A DNA stretch of 64,000 bases, from NCBI GenBank assembly GCA_028719205.1, contig JAQUKH010000002.1:96828-160827 (forward strand), written 5' to 3'. Both the position numbers and the translations under genes were made by a program. Origin of the DNA: a bacterium. Its GTDB lineage: Bacteria > JACRDZ01 > JAQUKH01. The notes below the pieces were generated by a model. The model was not told where the DNA came from. It saw only the letters and a program-made list of their open reading frames with translations, and searched no databases. Positions 38,493-48,516 of this stretch are shown piece after piece (positions within the stretch are counted from its first letter, which is position 1; each line of letters opens with the position of its first letter).

Positions 38493-39917
38493 TTACAAAT
38501 AGATAAAGTAATGCCTTGCCATTAAAGATTGAAGTTCTGCCTGGTTTTTTGGAGAGAAAACTTCAAAAAGTTCATCTATAAATTCGAATCCGTATTTTGT
38601 CAAAAACTGTATGATATTCAATCTTCTTTCCTGTAAAACCTGTTGAGGGAATAAATAATTGAATATCTGTTTCAATTCAGGATTTTGTCTTAAAGGCTGC
38701 TGTATTTTTTTATCAAGCCGGTTTTGAAAATCCATTATGGAAAGACCTGACCGGGATAAAAGGCCTGATATGAAATCAGGAATTATTGTCGCCCCGTACC
38801 GAGGGTAAATTAAAGGCATAGAAATGTTATGATAGTAATATAATTCTTTCAGCTGGGCAAAATAAGCGGTTTCATTAGGCCCAGCGACATAAACAGATGT
38901 TTTCAAAAGCCAGTCCTGAAGAACAGGCCGTAAAGCCACATTCGGACTGAATAATTCGGGCCTTGCGTCTAAAAGGGAAGTGATTTGATCTCTTGAAAAT
39001 TTAGAACCGTCTGTCTGAAAATAAGGTTCAAAGAATTTCAGTTTTTTTCTTTGATCATTTTCTTCTAAAAAAATATGGGTATTATTCGGAAAAGCTGAAA
39101 GCGCGGGGGGGTAGCCTTTTTCTTTTAAAAGGTTTTCTGATTTTTGAATAAACTGACAAGGCTTAAGAGGATCTTCCAACTCCTTTTTAAATACAGGTTT
39201 TGAAAGTTTCTGGACCTCAGTCTGCCGGGGGTCGATGAGCACAAGGCCGCGGGAGGAAAATAATTGAGTAAGGCAGGACGCGAACCAATCTATAAGGTTA
39301 AGGTCTTGCCCCGATCTTATATTCCCGAAATTTAATATAACTTCGTTATTTTCTCCGGCTATATCATCCTTAAATTTCAGGATAAAATTGTAAATATCCT
39401 GATAATTGAGCGTAATTTTAGAAAAAGATGCTCCTGTTTTTTCTTTCGGAAAAGGGAAGATAAGATCTTTTAATTTGTTCTCTTTGTTTACGTAAAAAAA
39501 AGAGGAGATATTCGCTATGTTACTGTCTGACGATTCGATCCAGAATACAGGCACGTATTTTTTGCCTGTTTTTTTTGTAAGAGTATCGGCCAATATTATC
39601 GCGGTAATAGTTTTATAAATGGTATAGAGCGGGCCTGAAAAAAGGCCCGGCTGCTGCCCTGTAGCAATTACACATGTTTTGGGATCTTTTAATGAGAGGA
39701 TATTGCTTAATGTTTTCTCTGTGCAGTTAAAATTATTATTATATTTAAAAAGATGTTCAATAAGGTTATTATCGCGGGGGATATGGTTTTCAGGCACAGT
39801 TTCCAGAGAAGGATCGAAATTAAAGAAATCTTTCAGTTCTGGAAAATTGCGGATGTAGTCAATAAAAATCTTAGTCTTATAAATATTTTCAGGATCTATT
39901 AATTCGAATCTTTTCAT
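38493..39917 (-). CDS. bshC: Bacillithiol biosynthesis cysteine-adding enzyme BshC-like
   Basis: ATGQQPGLFSGPLYTIYKTITAIILA matches the BshC signature GQQxGLxxGPLYTxxK. Length ~475 aa. Confidence 0.65.
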   Translation of the reverse strand: MKRFELIDPENIYKTKIFIDYIRNFPELKDFFNFDPSLETVPENHIPRDNNLIEHLFKYNNNFNCTEKTLSNILSLKDPKTCVIATGQQPGLFSGPLYTIYKTITAIILADTLTKKTGKKYVPVFWIESSDSNIANISSFFYVNKENKLKDLIFPFPKEKTGASFSKITLNYQDIYNFILKFKDDIAGENNEVILNFGNIRSGQDLNLIDWFASCLTQLFSSRGLVLIDPRQTEVQKLSKPVFKKELEDPLKPCQFIQKSENLLKEKGYPPALSAFPNNTHIFLEENDQRKKLKFFEPYFQTDGSKFSRDQITSLLDARPELFSPNVALRPVLQDWLLKTSVYVAGPNETAYFAQLKELYYYHNISMPLIYPRYGATIIPDFISGLLSRSGLSIMDFQNRLDKKIQQPLRQNPELKQIFNYLFPQQVLQERRLNIIQFLTKYGFEFIDELFEVFSPKNQAELQSLMARHYFIYL

Positions 39918-40634
39918 TTATGCTATCTTAAAAAAAGAACCAATTCGAAGTTTCCATACTAAAAAAAGCGCCTCCCACATGATCTTTCGTGACATTTTGG
40001 ATGTTCCCGAATGCCGGTCCGCGAATATAATAGGAATTTCACCGATATGGTATCCAAGCTCTTGCGCGCGGAAATTCATTTCTATCTGAAAAGCATAACC
40101 GTCAGAAGTAATTCTATCCAGATTTATATTTTCCAATACTTCACGGCGGAAACATTTAAAACCGCCGGTACAATCATGTATCTTAAGCCCGGTAATTAAT
40201 CTTGTATAATTATTGGCTACAAGGCTAATGATAAGCCTTTTTATAGGCCAGTTGATAACACTGACCATGCCGTTAAGATACCGGGAGCCAATTACCAGAT
40301 CATAATTTTCAATCTGTTTTAAGAACTCCGGTATTTTTTCGGGGTTATGGGAGAAATCCGCGTCCATTTCTATTATATAATCAGGTTTTTGTTTTATTGC
40401 CCAATGGAATCCTTCTATATATGCCCGTCCAAGGCCTTGTTTTTTCGGACGATGAATAACGGACACCTGCGGATATTCTTTGGAGAGGCCATCGGCTATC
40501 TTTCCAGTCCCATCAGGAGAATTATCATCTACAATTAAAATGCCAATATTAAGATTAAAACCAAGAATTATTTTTATTAGAGGTGTTATATTGGTTGCTT
40601 CGTTATAAGTAGGAATAACAACGATTGCTGTCAT
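39918..40634 (-). CDS. GT2 polyprenyl-phosphate sugar synthase (Dpm1-like dolichyl/undecaprenyl-phosphate mannosyltransferase)
   Basis: VVIPTYNE, DDNSPDGT, EMDADFSH and GSRY motifs. Confidence 0.8.
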   Translation of the reverse strand: MTAIVVIPTYNEATNITPLIKIILGFNLNIGILIVDDNSPDGTGKIADGLSKEYPQVSVIHRPKKQGLGRAYIEGFHWAIKQKPDYIIEMDADFSHNPEKIPEFLKQIENYDLVIGSRYLNGMVSVINWPIKRLIISLVANNYTRLITGLKIHDCTGGFKCFRREVLENINLDRITSDGYAFQIEMNFRAQELGYHIGEIPIIFADRHSGTSKMSRKIMWEALFLVWKLRIGSFFKIA

Positions 40635-40789
40635 TTATCAGTTTTTTTACTTTTTATTGCCTGGATTATTTGTAATACAATAGCGATAAATAATGTTATT
40701 GTAGAAGCCACTAGAAACAACCAGTTAAAAATACCATTCCACGAGATTGGAACTCCTAAAAGAGAAATTGCAGTTTTTGTTAAATCCAT
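40631..40789 (-). CDS. Small hydrophobic protein (52 aa, 1-2 TM): MDLTKTAISLLGVPISWNGIFNWLFLVASTITLFIAIVLQIIQAIKSKKTDK
   Basis: Not in the ORF track. AGGAG 6 nt upstream. Its TGA stop overlaps the ATG of the Dpm1-like GT2 (ATGA), suggesting translational coupling. Confidence 0.45.
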   Translation of the reverse strand: MDLTKTAISLLGVPISWNGIFNWLFLVASTITLFIAIVLQIIQAIKSKKTDK

Positions 40790-40852
40790 TTTCGACTCCT
40801 AATTTCATTCCCTGAATTATATCCAACATTAAAATAAATGTCAATTATATTA

Positions 40853-42214
40853 CTACCATTTAGATTTTAGAAAATACAATACATCGTAAAGCAAATCGCC
40901 GTTTTTTAAACTGCGTAAAAAACGATGCCAAAAATAAGAAGGACGCAAATAGTATTCGCGGAAAGCTCTTTTGTAATAAAGGCTGATTGTCGGCCAATCC
41001 AAATTTTCGTGTTGAAAGATAGGTTTTTCAATTTGATGAACAATATAAGACGGCCAATCCTGGTGTAATATTTTCCCTTTAGCTAATAGCTCTTGATAAT
41101 AATCTGTTCCCGGATACGGAATACAAATATCAAATTTAGCGATAGAAAGAGGAAGGCTTTTGGAAAATTGGATTGTTTTTTCCATTGATTCCTCTGTTTC
41201 TCCCGAAAGTCCGAAAATAAAAAAGCCAAAAGTGTCGATACCGGCATTGTTGGCGGCGGTTACCGCCCGTTTAATTTGCTCCAGTGTTGTTTTTTTACTG
41301 ATTTTTTCCAAAACTTTTTGATCGCCTGTTTCAATTCCGAACCCTGTTTGCCACAACCCTGCTTTTTTTGCGATCCGGAAAAATTCCTCATCTACTAAAT
41401 TAACCCGGACTCCATTGATAAGAGACCATGGAAATTTAAGGCCACGCCGGACTATTTCATTGCAAATCGCTTTCGCCCGTTTAATATCCTGGGTAAAGCT
41501 GTCATCGGCGATATGGATTTCTTTAAAGCCGCATTTAAGCATATATTCCATTTCGTCAACTACTCTATTTGTTGATTTCATGCGATAATCGGTCCCAAAA
41601 GTTAATTTACTGCAGAAATTACAACTGTATGCGCAGCCACGGCTTGTTTCAATATGTCCTACAGGATTAGCACGTGAAGATATCCGGGAATTTTTGTATT
41701 TTGTTAAGTCAAATAATTGCCATGCGGGAAATGGCAGACTGTCAAGATCAACTATTAATGGGCGTGCCGGAATAACACGCGGTGCAGATGATAACGGGCT
41801 TTTAAGTAAATCCGGTAAAACTAAGTCACCTTCGCCCAGTATGATAATATCAAAACATCCGGCTGCGGCAGCTTCTTCAGGCATTGCCGTGATATGAACC
41901 CCTCCGGCAATTGTTTTAACGGCCGGATATTTTTTCTTAACATTAGCCATTAAATCCCGAGTAATATTGTAAACAGGAGTTTTAATTGAGGCTGCCACAA
42001 TATCAGGCTGGAAACTGTCAATTTCTTCTGACAAAGATTGCCATGGGTCATTTACAAAATCCAGATCAATAATCCGTACGCTGTGATCCTTAATCAAATG
42101 TCCGGCAAGTGTGGCCAACGTCAAATTAGGATAACTTGGGGCAGCTATACGGACATTGGTTTTTAAATAAGTGATATTACGTGAAGGGGCATTAAAAAAT
42201 AGGATTTTAAACAT
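40853..42214 (-). CDS. B12-binding radical SAM enzyme (class B)
   Basis: N-terminal cobalamin-binding Rossmann segment (IAGGVHITAMPEE), CAYSCNFC CxxxCxxC motif. Start set at Met24 (MFKILFF), 1 nt after the stop of the upstream GT2. Confidence 0.8.
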   Translation of the reverse strand: MFKILFFNAPSRNITYLKTNVRIAAPSYPNLTLATLAGHLIKDHSVRIIDLDFVNDPWQSLSEEIDSFQPDIVAASIKTPVYNITRDLMANVKKKYPAVKTIAGGVHITAMPEEAAAAGCFDIIILGEGDLVLPDLLKSPLSSAPRVIPARPLIVDLDSLPFPAWQLFDLTKYKNSRISSRANPVGHIETSRGCAYSCNFCSKLTFGTDYRMKSTNRVVDEMEYMLKCGFKEIHIADDSFTQDIKRAKAICNEIVRRGLKFPWSLINGVRVNLVDEEFFRIAKKAGLWQTGFGIETGDQKVLEKISKKTTLEQIKRAVTAANNAGIDTFGFFIFGLSGETEESMEKTIQFSKSLPLSIAKFDICIPYPGTDYYQELLAKGKILHQDWPSYIVHQIEKPIFQHENLDWPTISLYYKRAFREYYLRPSYFWHRFLRSLKNGDLLYDVLYFLKSKW

Positions 42215-42215
42215 A

Positions 42216-42956
42216 TTAATTTTTTCTAAAAATAGCTGACTTATAGAACGATTTTGCCAGGATAAATAAAAATAATGTCCCAAAAGTTCCGAAGGAATAC
42301 TTTAAACAATTTTTTAAACTGGCGCCGCGTTTTTTCCCGGAATAGCAGGTTTCTACCGGAACCTGAGCGATCTTTATGTGGTTATAAACAGCTTGAACTA
42401 TGATTTCAAAACTAAAAAGATAATCATTTGAATTTGCTTCAAAATTTGATTTTTCCAGCAGTTCTTTTGTATATACCCGAAATCCCTGATGAAGGTCGTC
42501 AATTTTAATACCGAGCACTACTTCATCAATTTTGTTTAATATCCTGATAGGCAGGATCTTCCACGGGTACATTCCGTTTTTTCCAGGATTATCTCCGTTT
42601 GAAAAGCGGCTACCCAGCACAAGCCCGGCTCCCTTTTCAACTTCTCTTATTGCCGCCGGTATACTGGAAGGTTTGTATTCACCGTCAGGATGGATATCAA
42701 CAATAATTTCGGCTCCTTTTCCGAGAGCGATCTTGACTGCTTCTTTTATATTGCCCCCGTACCCCAGATTGACGGGATTTTGGTATGATTCAATACCTAA
42801 TTTTTTGGATAATTCAAAAGTATTATCATGAGAAAAATCATCAACCAGTATGATATCATCCACAAAATGTTTAGGAAATTCAGTATAAAACTTTTCCAGG
42901 GTTTTAGAAGCGTTATATGCTATAAAAATAGCAATTATTTTTTTTTTCTTTTCCAT
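42216..42956 (-). CDS. GT2-family glycosyltransferase
   Basis: IFIAYNASKTL, LVDDFSHDNT and a DxD-like VDIHPDGE. Start chosen at MEKKKKIIAIF. Confidence 0.7.
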   Translation of the reverse strand: MEKKKKIIAIFIAYNASKTLEKFYTEFPKHFVDDIILVDDFSHDNTFELSKKLGIESYQNPVNLGYGGNIKEAVKIALGKGAEIIVDIHPDGEYKPSSIPAAIREVEKGAGLVLGSRFSNGDNPGKNGMYPWKILPIRILNKIDEVVLGIKIDDLHQGFRVYTKELLEKSNFEANSNDYLFSFEIIVQAVYNHIKIAQVPVETCYSGKKRGASLKNCLKYSFGTFGTLFLFILAKSFYKSAIFRKN

Positions 42957-43089
42957 AAGGGGGAAGTTTATCATATTTACTAAACTTATGCAAATGTTTT
43001 ATTTGTGGTGAAAATCCGGATTACTTGCTATAAATTCAGTAATTATTTTTTTTCTTCCATGGAAGCGGTATATCATATATAATTAGCTA

Positions 43090-44025
43090 ATGCGATGTTT
43101 TATTTGTAGCAGTGAAAATCCTGATTACCTGTTTTCTACGAAAGATTATATTACAGGAGATACATTTTCGATTTTTAAATGTTCTAAATGCGGGAATTCT
43201 TTTACGGACCCTAAGCCGGAGGATATTGAGAAGTATTATTCAAAAAACTATTATGGAAAGCGCAAATCTTTTGCCGAGAATTTAATTAATTATTCAAGGC
43301 TGCAAAAAATTAATAGTTTGTTTGGAAGTAATACCAGGCCATTACCGTTGATCTTGGATGTTGGTTGTGGAAACGGCAGTTTTTTATCTCTTTTATCAAA
43401 AAGGGGATGGCCGGTTTGTGGAACTGAAGTCGCGCCCGAAAATAATTTCGCGTGTGAAGAACTAAATTCAAAAGTATTTAATAAAGATTTAATCAAATGT
43501 GAGCTTGAGGACAAAAAATTTGATATAATTACAATGTGGCACACTTTCGAGCATTTTTCTGAACCCGTGGATTATTTATTAGAGGCGGGAAGGATTTTAA
43601 AAGATGAAGGTGTTTTAATAATTGAAGTACCTAATTTCAAATCCTGGCAGGCAAGGTTGACCCGCGGTAACTGGTTTCACCTGGACGCGCCGAGGCATTT
43701 GGCGCATTATAACCCGGAGGGCGTCAGTTTCCTTCTGAATTCAACAGGATTTGAGGCGTTTAAAATTTCTCATATTTCTTTTATATATAGTTTGTTTGGA
43801 TTTATTCAAAGCATTATTAATATTTTTACAAAAAGAAATAATTTATTGTTTGATTTAATAAATAAAAAGATCAAAATAACCCGTATTAATATTAAAGACA
43901 TAATTATTACCTCTTTTTTAATTATCCCTGTATCATGCGTAAGTATTTTTGCTGTATTTTTGGAATCAATTTATAAAAGAGGGGGAATTGTTATTATATA
44001 CGCGCGCAAAAAGGAGCAAAATTAA
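43090..44025 (+). CDS. Class I SAM-dependent methyltransferase with N-terminal Zn-ribbon
   Basis: CFICSS...CSKCGNSF ribbon. LDVGCGNGSF SAM motif I. Confidence 0.75.
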   Translation: MRCFICSSENPDYLFSTKDYITGDTFSIFKCSKCGNSFTDPKPEDIEKYYSKNYYGKRKSFAENLINYSRLQKINSLFGSNTRPLPLILDVGCGNGSFLSLLSKRGWPVCGTEVAPENNFACEELNSKVFNKDLIKCELEDKKFDIITMWHTFEHFSEPVDYLLEAGRILKDEGVLIIEVPNFKSWQARLTRGNWFHLDAPRHLAHYNPEGVSFLLNSTGFEAFKISHISFIYSLFGFIQSIINIFTKRNNLLFDLINKKIKITRINIKDIIITSFLIIPVSCVSIFAVFLESIYKRGGIVIIYARKKEQN

Positions 44026-45245
44026 TGAAATCGTTAACAAGAGAAGAAAAAATAAGTTATATAAGTACAATAATCTTAATCGGATTTATGTGTACTTATA
44101 TTTATGATTACTGGATGGGGGCATATTTGGGTAAAAGCTATCCTTTTAATACCTTTTTATTCAAACCTTGGGATAGATTTAATGATTTTTTTACTCCTAT
44201 GAACATAGTTCTACGGGGTAATGGTAATCCTTATAATTTTATATCACCTGATTCCATCAATTCTCCTTTATATCATCTTATGGCAATTGGTTTTATGTAT
44301 ATAAACCCATTTTTATCTTTTATAGTATGTATTTTCGCTTTCATCATATTTTTTGTTTATGTAATCAGCAAAAATTTAGTTTTGGCAACTAGAATGGAAA
44401 CTTTTAAAAATGCGATCATTTTTTCATTTTTTACCGCTATTTTCCTTTTTTCTTTAGAAAGGAGCAATTATGAAATAATAATTTTTGTTTTGATATATTT
44501 TTTCCTTGAATTTTACAGAAAAAAAAATCTTATTACATGCGTAATAATCTTATCAGTTGCAATTGCACTTAAGGCCGCACCAGGAGTTCTTATTTTACTT
44601 TTTTTGGATGCGAAGCAGTATAAAGAAGCATTACTGACATTAGTAATTACATTAGCTTTAAATCTCCTCAGTTACTCGGTATTTACGGGAGGATTATGGC
44701 ATAATTTTCAAAATAATTTAATAAGTATGAAGCTTTATAGTAAAGCCTATGCCATGTCTATGGGAGGGGGCGTAGGTACGAATTCCTTATGGGGGGCCGT
44801 AAAAATATTAAGAGAATATTTTTTCAACTATATAAATATAGAAACTCTGTATTATGTGCATTATATTATTGCGTTTACAATTTTTGTTTCAGTTTCAGCT
44901 TATATATTAAAGATCGAGAAAGTATTTTGGAAAAAATTGTCTTTGATGATAATTATGATGAGTCTTTTACCTCATCATTCAGGATATCCTAAATTAATGC
45001 ATCTTTATTTCCCTATGTTTTTATTTATTAACAGCGGGGAGAAAGATAAATATGATCTGATATATACAGTTTTATTCGCGTTAATATTAATACCAAAAGC
45101 TTACTATCACTTTCCCTTTTTGCCGGAATTAAATGAAAGCGCTATTTTACTTCCGCTGTTTATGGTTTTATTTATGGGTTTTATTATATATGACGGATTC
45201 AGAACGTATAAAATAAAAGAAAAAACAAAAACTTGCATTGCGTAA
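44025..45245 (+). CDS. Polytopic integral membrane protein, putative GT-C-type glycosyltransferase (DUF2029/GT87-like)
   Basis: ~11 TM helices. Located in the glycan cluster next to the polyprenyl-P-sugar synthase. No soluble domain. Confidence 0.35.
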   Translation: MKSLTREEKISYISTIILIGFMCTYIYDYWMGAYLGKSYPFNTFLFKPWDRFNDFFTPMNIVLRGNGNPYNFISPDSINSPLYHLMAIGFMYINPFLSFIVCIFAFIIFFVYVISKNLVLATRMETFKNAIIFSFFTAIFLFSLERSNYEIIIFVLIYFFLEFYRKKNLITCVIILSVAIALKAAPGVLILLFLDAKQYKEALLTLVITLALNLLSYSVFTGGLWHNFQNNLISMKLYSKAYAMSMGGGVGTNSLWGAVKILREYFFNYINIETLYYVHYIIAFTIFVSVSAYILKIEKVFWKKLSLMIIMMSLLPHHSGYPKLMHLYFPMFLFINSGEKDKYDLIYTVLFALILIPKAYYHFPFLPELNESAILLPLFMVLFMGFIIYDGFRTYKIKEKTKTCIA

Positions 45246-45311
45246 GATACAAAACAGGGATTTTAAAAATTAATGGTAAAATAATGATTAACAAAAATGG
45301 AGATAAATAAA

Positions 45312-46088
45312 ATGAAGGTTGTTATTCTTTGCGGAGGAAAAGGGACAAGAATGAAGGAAGAAACTGAGTTTCGTCCCAAGCCTTTGGTAAATATTGGCGG
45401 GTATCCGATTATTTGGCATATTATGAAGATATACGCGCATTATGGATTTAAAGATTTTGTTCTTTGTCTTGGGTATAAAGGAAATATGATCAAGGAATAT
45501 TTTTTGAATTATGAAGCAATGAATAATGATTTTACCGTTTGTCTGGGCGCAAAAAATAAAATAAAATTTCATAGCAAACACGAAGAACACAATTGGAATG
45601 TAACGTTAGTTGATACCGGTGAAGAAGCAATGACAGGTGCAAGAGTGAAAAAAGTCGAAAAATATATTGATACTGATCTGTTTATGGTAACTTATGGTGA
45701 TGGAGTAGCTGACATTGATATAAGAAAATTGGTTAATTTCCATAATTCACACGGAAAAATCGGGACGATCACCGGAGTTCATCCCTCTTCACGTTTTGGA
45801 GAATTAATTATCAAAGAAAATAAAGTCAGTAAATTTTATGAAAAACCTCAGGTGAGCCAGGGCCTTATAAATGGAGGTTTTTTTGTTTTCAAAAAAGAAA
45901 TTTTTAAATATATTAAAGAAGATGAAAGCTGTCTTTTAGAAAAAGAACCATTAGAAACACTTGCCAAAGAAAGCAACTTAATGGCTTATCTTCATCTTGG
46001 ATTCTGGCAGTGCGTTGATACTTATCGGGAATTAGAGGTATTAAATGATTTATGGAAAACGCCTCATCCTCCATGGAAGGTTTGGTAA
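45312..46088 (+). CDS. rfbF: Glucose-1-phosphate cytidylyltransferase
   Basis: MKVVILCGGKGTRMKEETEFRPKPLVNIGGYPIIWHIMKIY is the canonical RfbF/DdhA N-terminus. Confidence 0.85.
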   Translation: MKVVILCGGKGTRMKEETEFRPKPLVNIGGYPIIWHIMKIYAHYGFKDFVLCLGYKGNMIKEYFLNYEAMNNDFTVCLGAKNKIKFHSKHEEHNWNVTLVDTGEEAMTGARVKKVEKYIDTDLFMVTYGDGVADIDIRKLVNFHNSHGKIGTITGVHPSSRFGELIIKENKVSKFYEKPQVSQGLINGGFFVFKKEIFKYIKEDESCLLEKEPLETLAKESNLMAYLHLGFWQCVDTYRELEVLNDLWKTPHPPWKVW

Positions 46089-46093
46089 AAAAT

Positions 46094-47086
46094 ATGGGAA
46101 GCAGCTTTTGGTTGAAAAAAAAGGTTCTTATTACAGGTTATGAAGGTTTTTTAGGTTCTAATTTAACACAGAATTTATTAAATCAAGGCGCGAAAATATG
46201 GGGCTTGGATATTAAAACCCGCCGAAAAGAAACTATCCTGTCAAAAAAAGAATTAAATAAAATTAAAATAATAAAAGGCAGTGTTGAAAATTTATCGCTT
46301 GTTTCTAAAATTATTAAAGAAAATAAAATTGAAATAGTTTTTCATTTAGCCGCCAGCGCTCTTGTCGGGAATTGTTTAAAAAATCCAGTCGAGGCATTTT
46401 CCACTAATATAGAAGGAACGTGGAATATCCTTGAGTCCTGTAGAAATAACAAACATATTAAAGCTATTATTATTGCTTCCAGTGATAAGGCGTATGGGAG
46501 TCAAAAGAAATTACCTTACCTGGAAAATACCCCGTTAGCAGGAGAACATCCCTATGATGTTTCAAAAAGCTGCGCGGATCTGATTGCTTATGCCTATTAT
46601 CACACATATGATATGCCGGTTGCGGTAACGCGCTGCGGCAACATTTATGGGCCGGGAGATTTTAATTTTTCCAGAATAATCCCCGAAACCGTAAAATGCG
46701 CGCTTTCGGGCAACAAACTTATGATTAGAAGTGACGGGAAGTTTGTACGGGATTATGTTTATGTCGGAGATATTGTCAATGGTTATATAATGCTCGCGGA
46801 ACAATTAGAAAAGAAAGATTTAAGGGGAGAGGCATTTAATTTCAGCGATGAAAATCCCATAAACGTAATAGAATTAGTTAAAAATATCTATAAGCAAGTG
46901 GGCGCGAAAACGAATTATATAATTCTTAACAAAGCAAAATATGAGATAAAGAATCAATATTTGGCATCCGCGAAGGCAAGAAAAATCCTTGGTTGGAAGC
47001 CGGAATACACTTTGAAAGATGGGATCGAGAGAACTATTGATTGGCATAAAAATAATTATGGATATTCAAAAAAATGTCCCTTATGA
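46094..47086 (+). CDS. rfbG: CDP-glucose 4,6-dehydratase
   Basis: KKVLITGYEGFLGSNL, SSDKAYG, YDVSKSC (SDR Yx3K) and overall RfbG/DdhB length. Confidence 0.8.
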   Translation: MGSSFWLKKKVLITGYEGFLGSNLTQNLLNQGAKIWGLDIKTRRKETILSKKELNKIKIIKGSVENLSLVSKIIKENKIEIVFHLAASALVGNCLKNPVEAFSTNIEGTWNILESCRNNKHIKAIIIASSDKAYGSQKKLPYLENTPLAGEHPYDVSKSCADLIAYAYYHTYDMPVAVTRCGNIYGPGDFNFSRIIPETVKCALSGNKLMIRSDGKFVRDYVYVGDIVNGYIMLAEQLEKKDLRGEAFNFSDENPINVIELVKNIYKQVGAKTNYIILNKAKYEIKNQYLASAKARKILGWKPEYTLKDGIERTIDWHKNNYGYSKKCPL

Positions 47087-47583
47087 ATGAAAATAAGAAA
47101 ACAATTGATCTATTGGAATCTTTAGTAAAAGACCCCTCTAAAGGCCTCCCCGAAGAAGTATTCCTTTTTTTAACCAGAATTACCCCCATGGTTAACGTTG
47201 ATTTGCTTATAAAAAATGAACAAAATCATACGCTTCTTACATGGAGAGATGATGCCTTTCACTCCGCCGGCTGGCATGTTCCGGGAGGTATTATAAGATA
47301 TAAAGAAACATTTTCTGACAGAATTAATGCTGTTGCCATGACCGAGCTTGGAGTCCGTGTAAAGTTCAAGAAGGCTCCATTGGTGCTGAATGAAGTTATT
47401 CATCCGACAATAAAAGTCCGGGGCCACTTTATTTCTTTGTTGTATGAGTGCGTATTAATAAGCCCCCTTAATAAAAATCTTGAATTTAAGGGAGGAACTC
47501 CCAAGCCGGGAGAATGGGCGTGGCACAGCAAATGTCCGGACAATATAATCTCAGCCCATGAAATGTATAGGAGTTTTATATGA
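47074..47583 (+). CDS. Nudix hydrolase, GDP-mannose mannosyl hydrolase (WcaH/NudD)-like
   Basis: Collinear with E. coli NudD from memory: TPMVNVDLLIKN vs TPLVSLDFIVEN, and GWHVPGGIIRYKETFSDRINAVAMTELGV vs [30 protein letters not shown]. Confidence 0.6.
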   Translation: MSLMNENKKTIDLLESLVKDPSKGLPEEVFLFLTRITPMVNVDLLIKNEQNHTLLTWRDDAFHSAGWHVPGGIIRYKETFSDRINAVAMTELGVRVKFKKAPLVLNEVIHPTIKVRGHFISLLYECVLISPLNKNLEFKGGTPKPGEWAWHSKCPDNIISAHEMYRSFI

Positions 47584-48491
47584 CGGATAGCGCCATGAAA
47601 ACTGCCATCGTTACCGGTCCTACCAGCCTGGTTGGCTATTGGCTTATTAAAGAATTAATCGATAATAATGTTATTGTTTACGCGCTCTGCCGGAAAAATT
47701 CTAAAAGGCGCAAAAATCTTGATATATTTGATAAATTAAAAATTATAGAACTAGATATTGAAGAAATAGATAAATTACCATTATTAGTTGATAATATAGA
47801 TGTTTTTTATCATCTGGCCTGGGAAGGCGAAAGAAATGATTATGCTGCGCAAAGCAAAAATATTACAAATTCCATCAAAGCAATGGAAACCGCAAAGAAA
47901 GTTGGAGCATATAATTTTATTGTGACCGGTTCTCAGGCAGAATACGGCAGTCAAAATTTTATAGCTACCGAGGAATCTACTCCAAAACCCGATACGGCTT
48001 ATGGAATTTGTAAGTTATCCACTTTTAACATTTTATGTGTGTTAGCTGAAAAAATAAATATTAACTTAATTTGGGCGAGATTATTCAGTGTATATGGATT
48101 ATATGATCACCCAAATAAATTAATTCCGTATATATTAAATTGTTTTAAAAAAAATATTTCACCCGAACTTACTAAAGCTGAGCAATATTGGGATTTTTTG
48201 CATGCAACAGACGCGGCGAAAGCTCTTTATTCAATAAGTAAGATCAAATCCGTAAATATTTATAACATTGCTTACGGCAGTGGTAAGCCGTTAAAGGAAT
48301 ACATTGTTGAAGCCAGAAATTTATGCAATCCCAATGTAACGCTCAAATTCGGAACAGTGCCGGAAAATATAAAAAAAGCCGTATCCTTGAGAGCTGACAT
48401 TAATAAAATAAAAAAAGATACACAATGGGAACCTAAAATTTCATTTGCCGAAGGTATTAAAACGATGTATAATGAAAAAATAAATTTTTAA
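47580..48491 (+). CDS. NAD-dependent epimerase/dehydratase-family reductase (CDP-abequose/paratose synthase-like)
   Basis: TAIVTGPTSLVGYWL Rossmann motif, YGICK (Yx3K). ~300 aa, in a CDP-dideoxyhexose context. Confidence 0.65.
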   Translation: MTDSAMKTAIVTGPTSLVGYWLIKELIDNNVIVYALCRKNSKRRKNLDIFDKLKIIELDIEEIDKLPLLVDNIDVFYHLAWEGERNDYAAQSKNITNSIKAMETAKKVGAYNFIVTGSQAEYGSQNFIATEESTPKPDTAYGICKLSTFNILCVLAEKININLIWARLFSVYGLYDHPNKLIPYILNCFKKNISPELTKAEQYWDFLHATDAAKALYSISKIKSVNIYNIAYGSGKPLKEYIVEARNLCNPNVTLKFGTVPENIKKAVSLRADINKIKKDTQWEPKISFAEGIKTMYNEKINF

Positions 48492-48516
48492 AAAGATCTA
48501 AATAAATATTCCAAAA

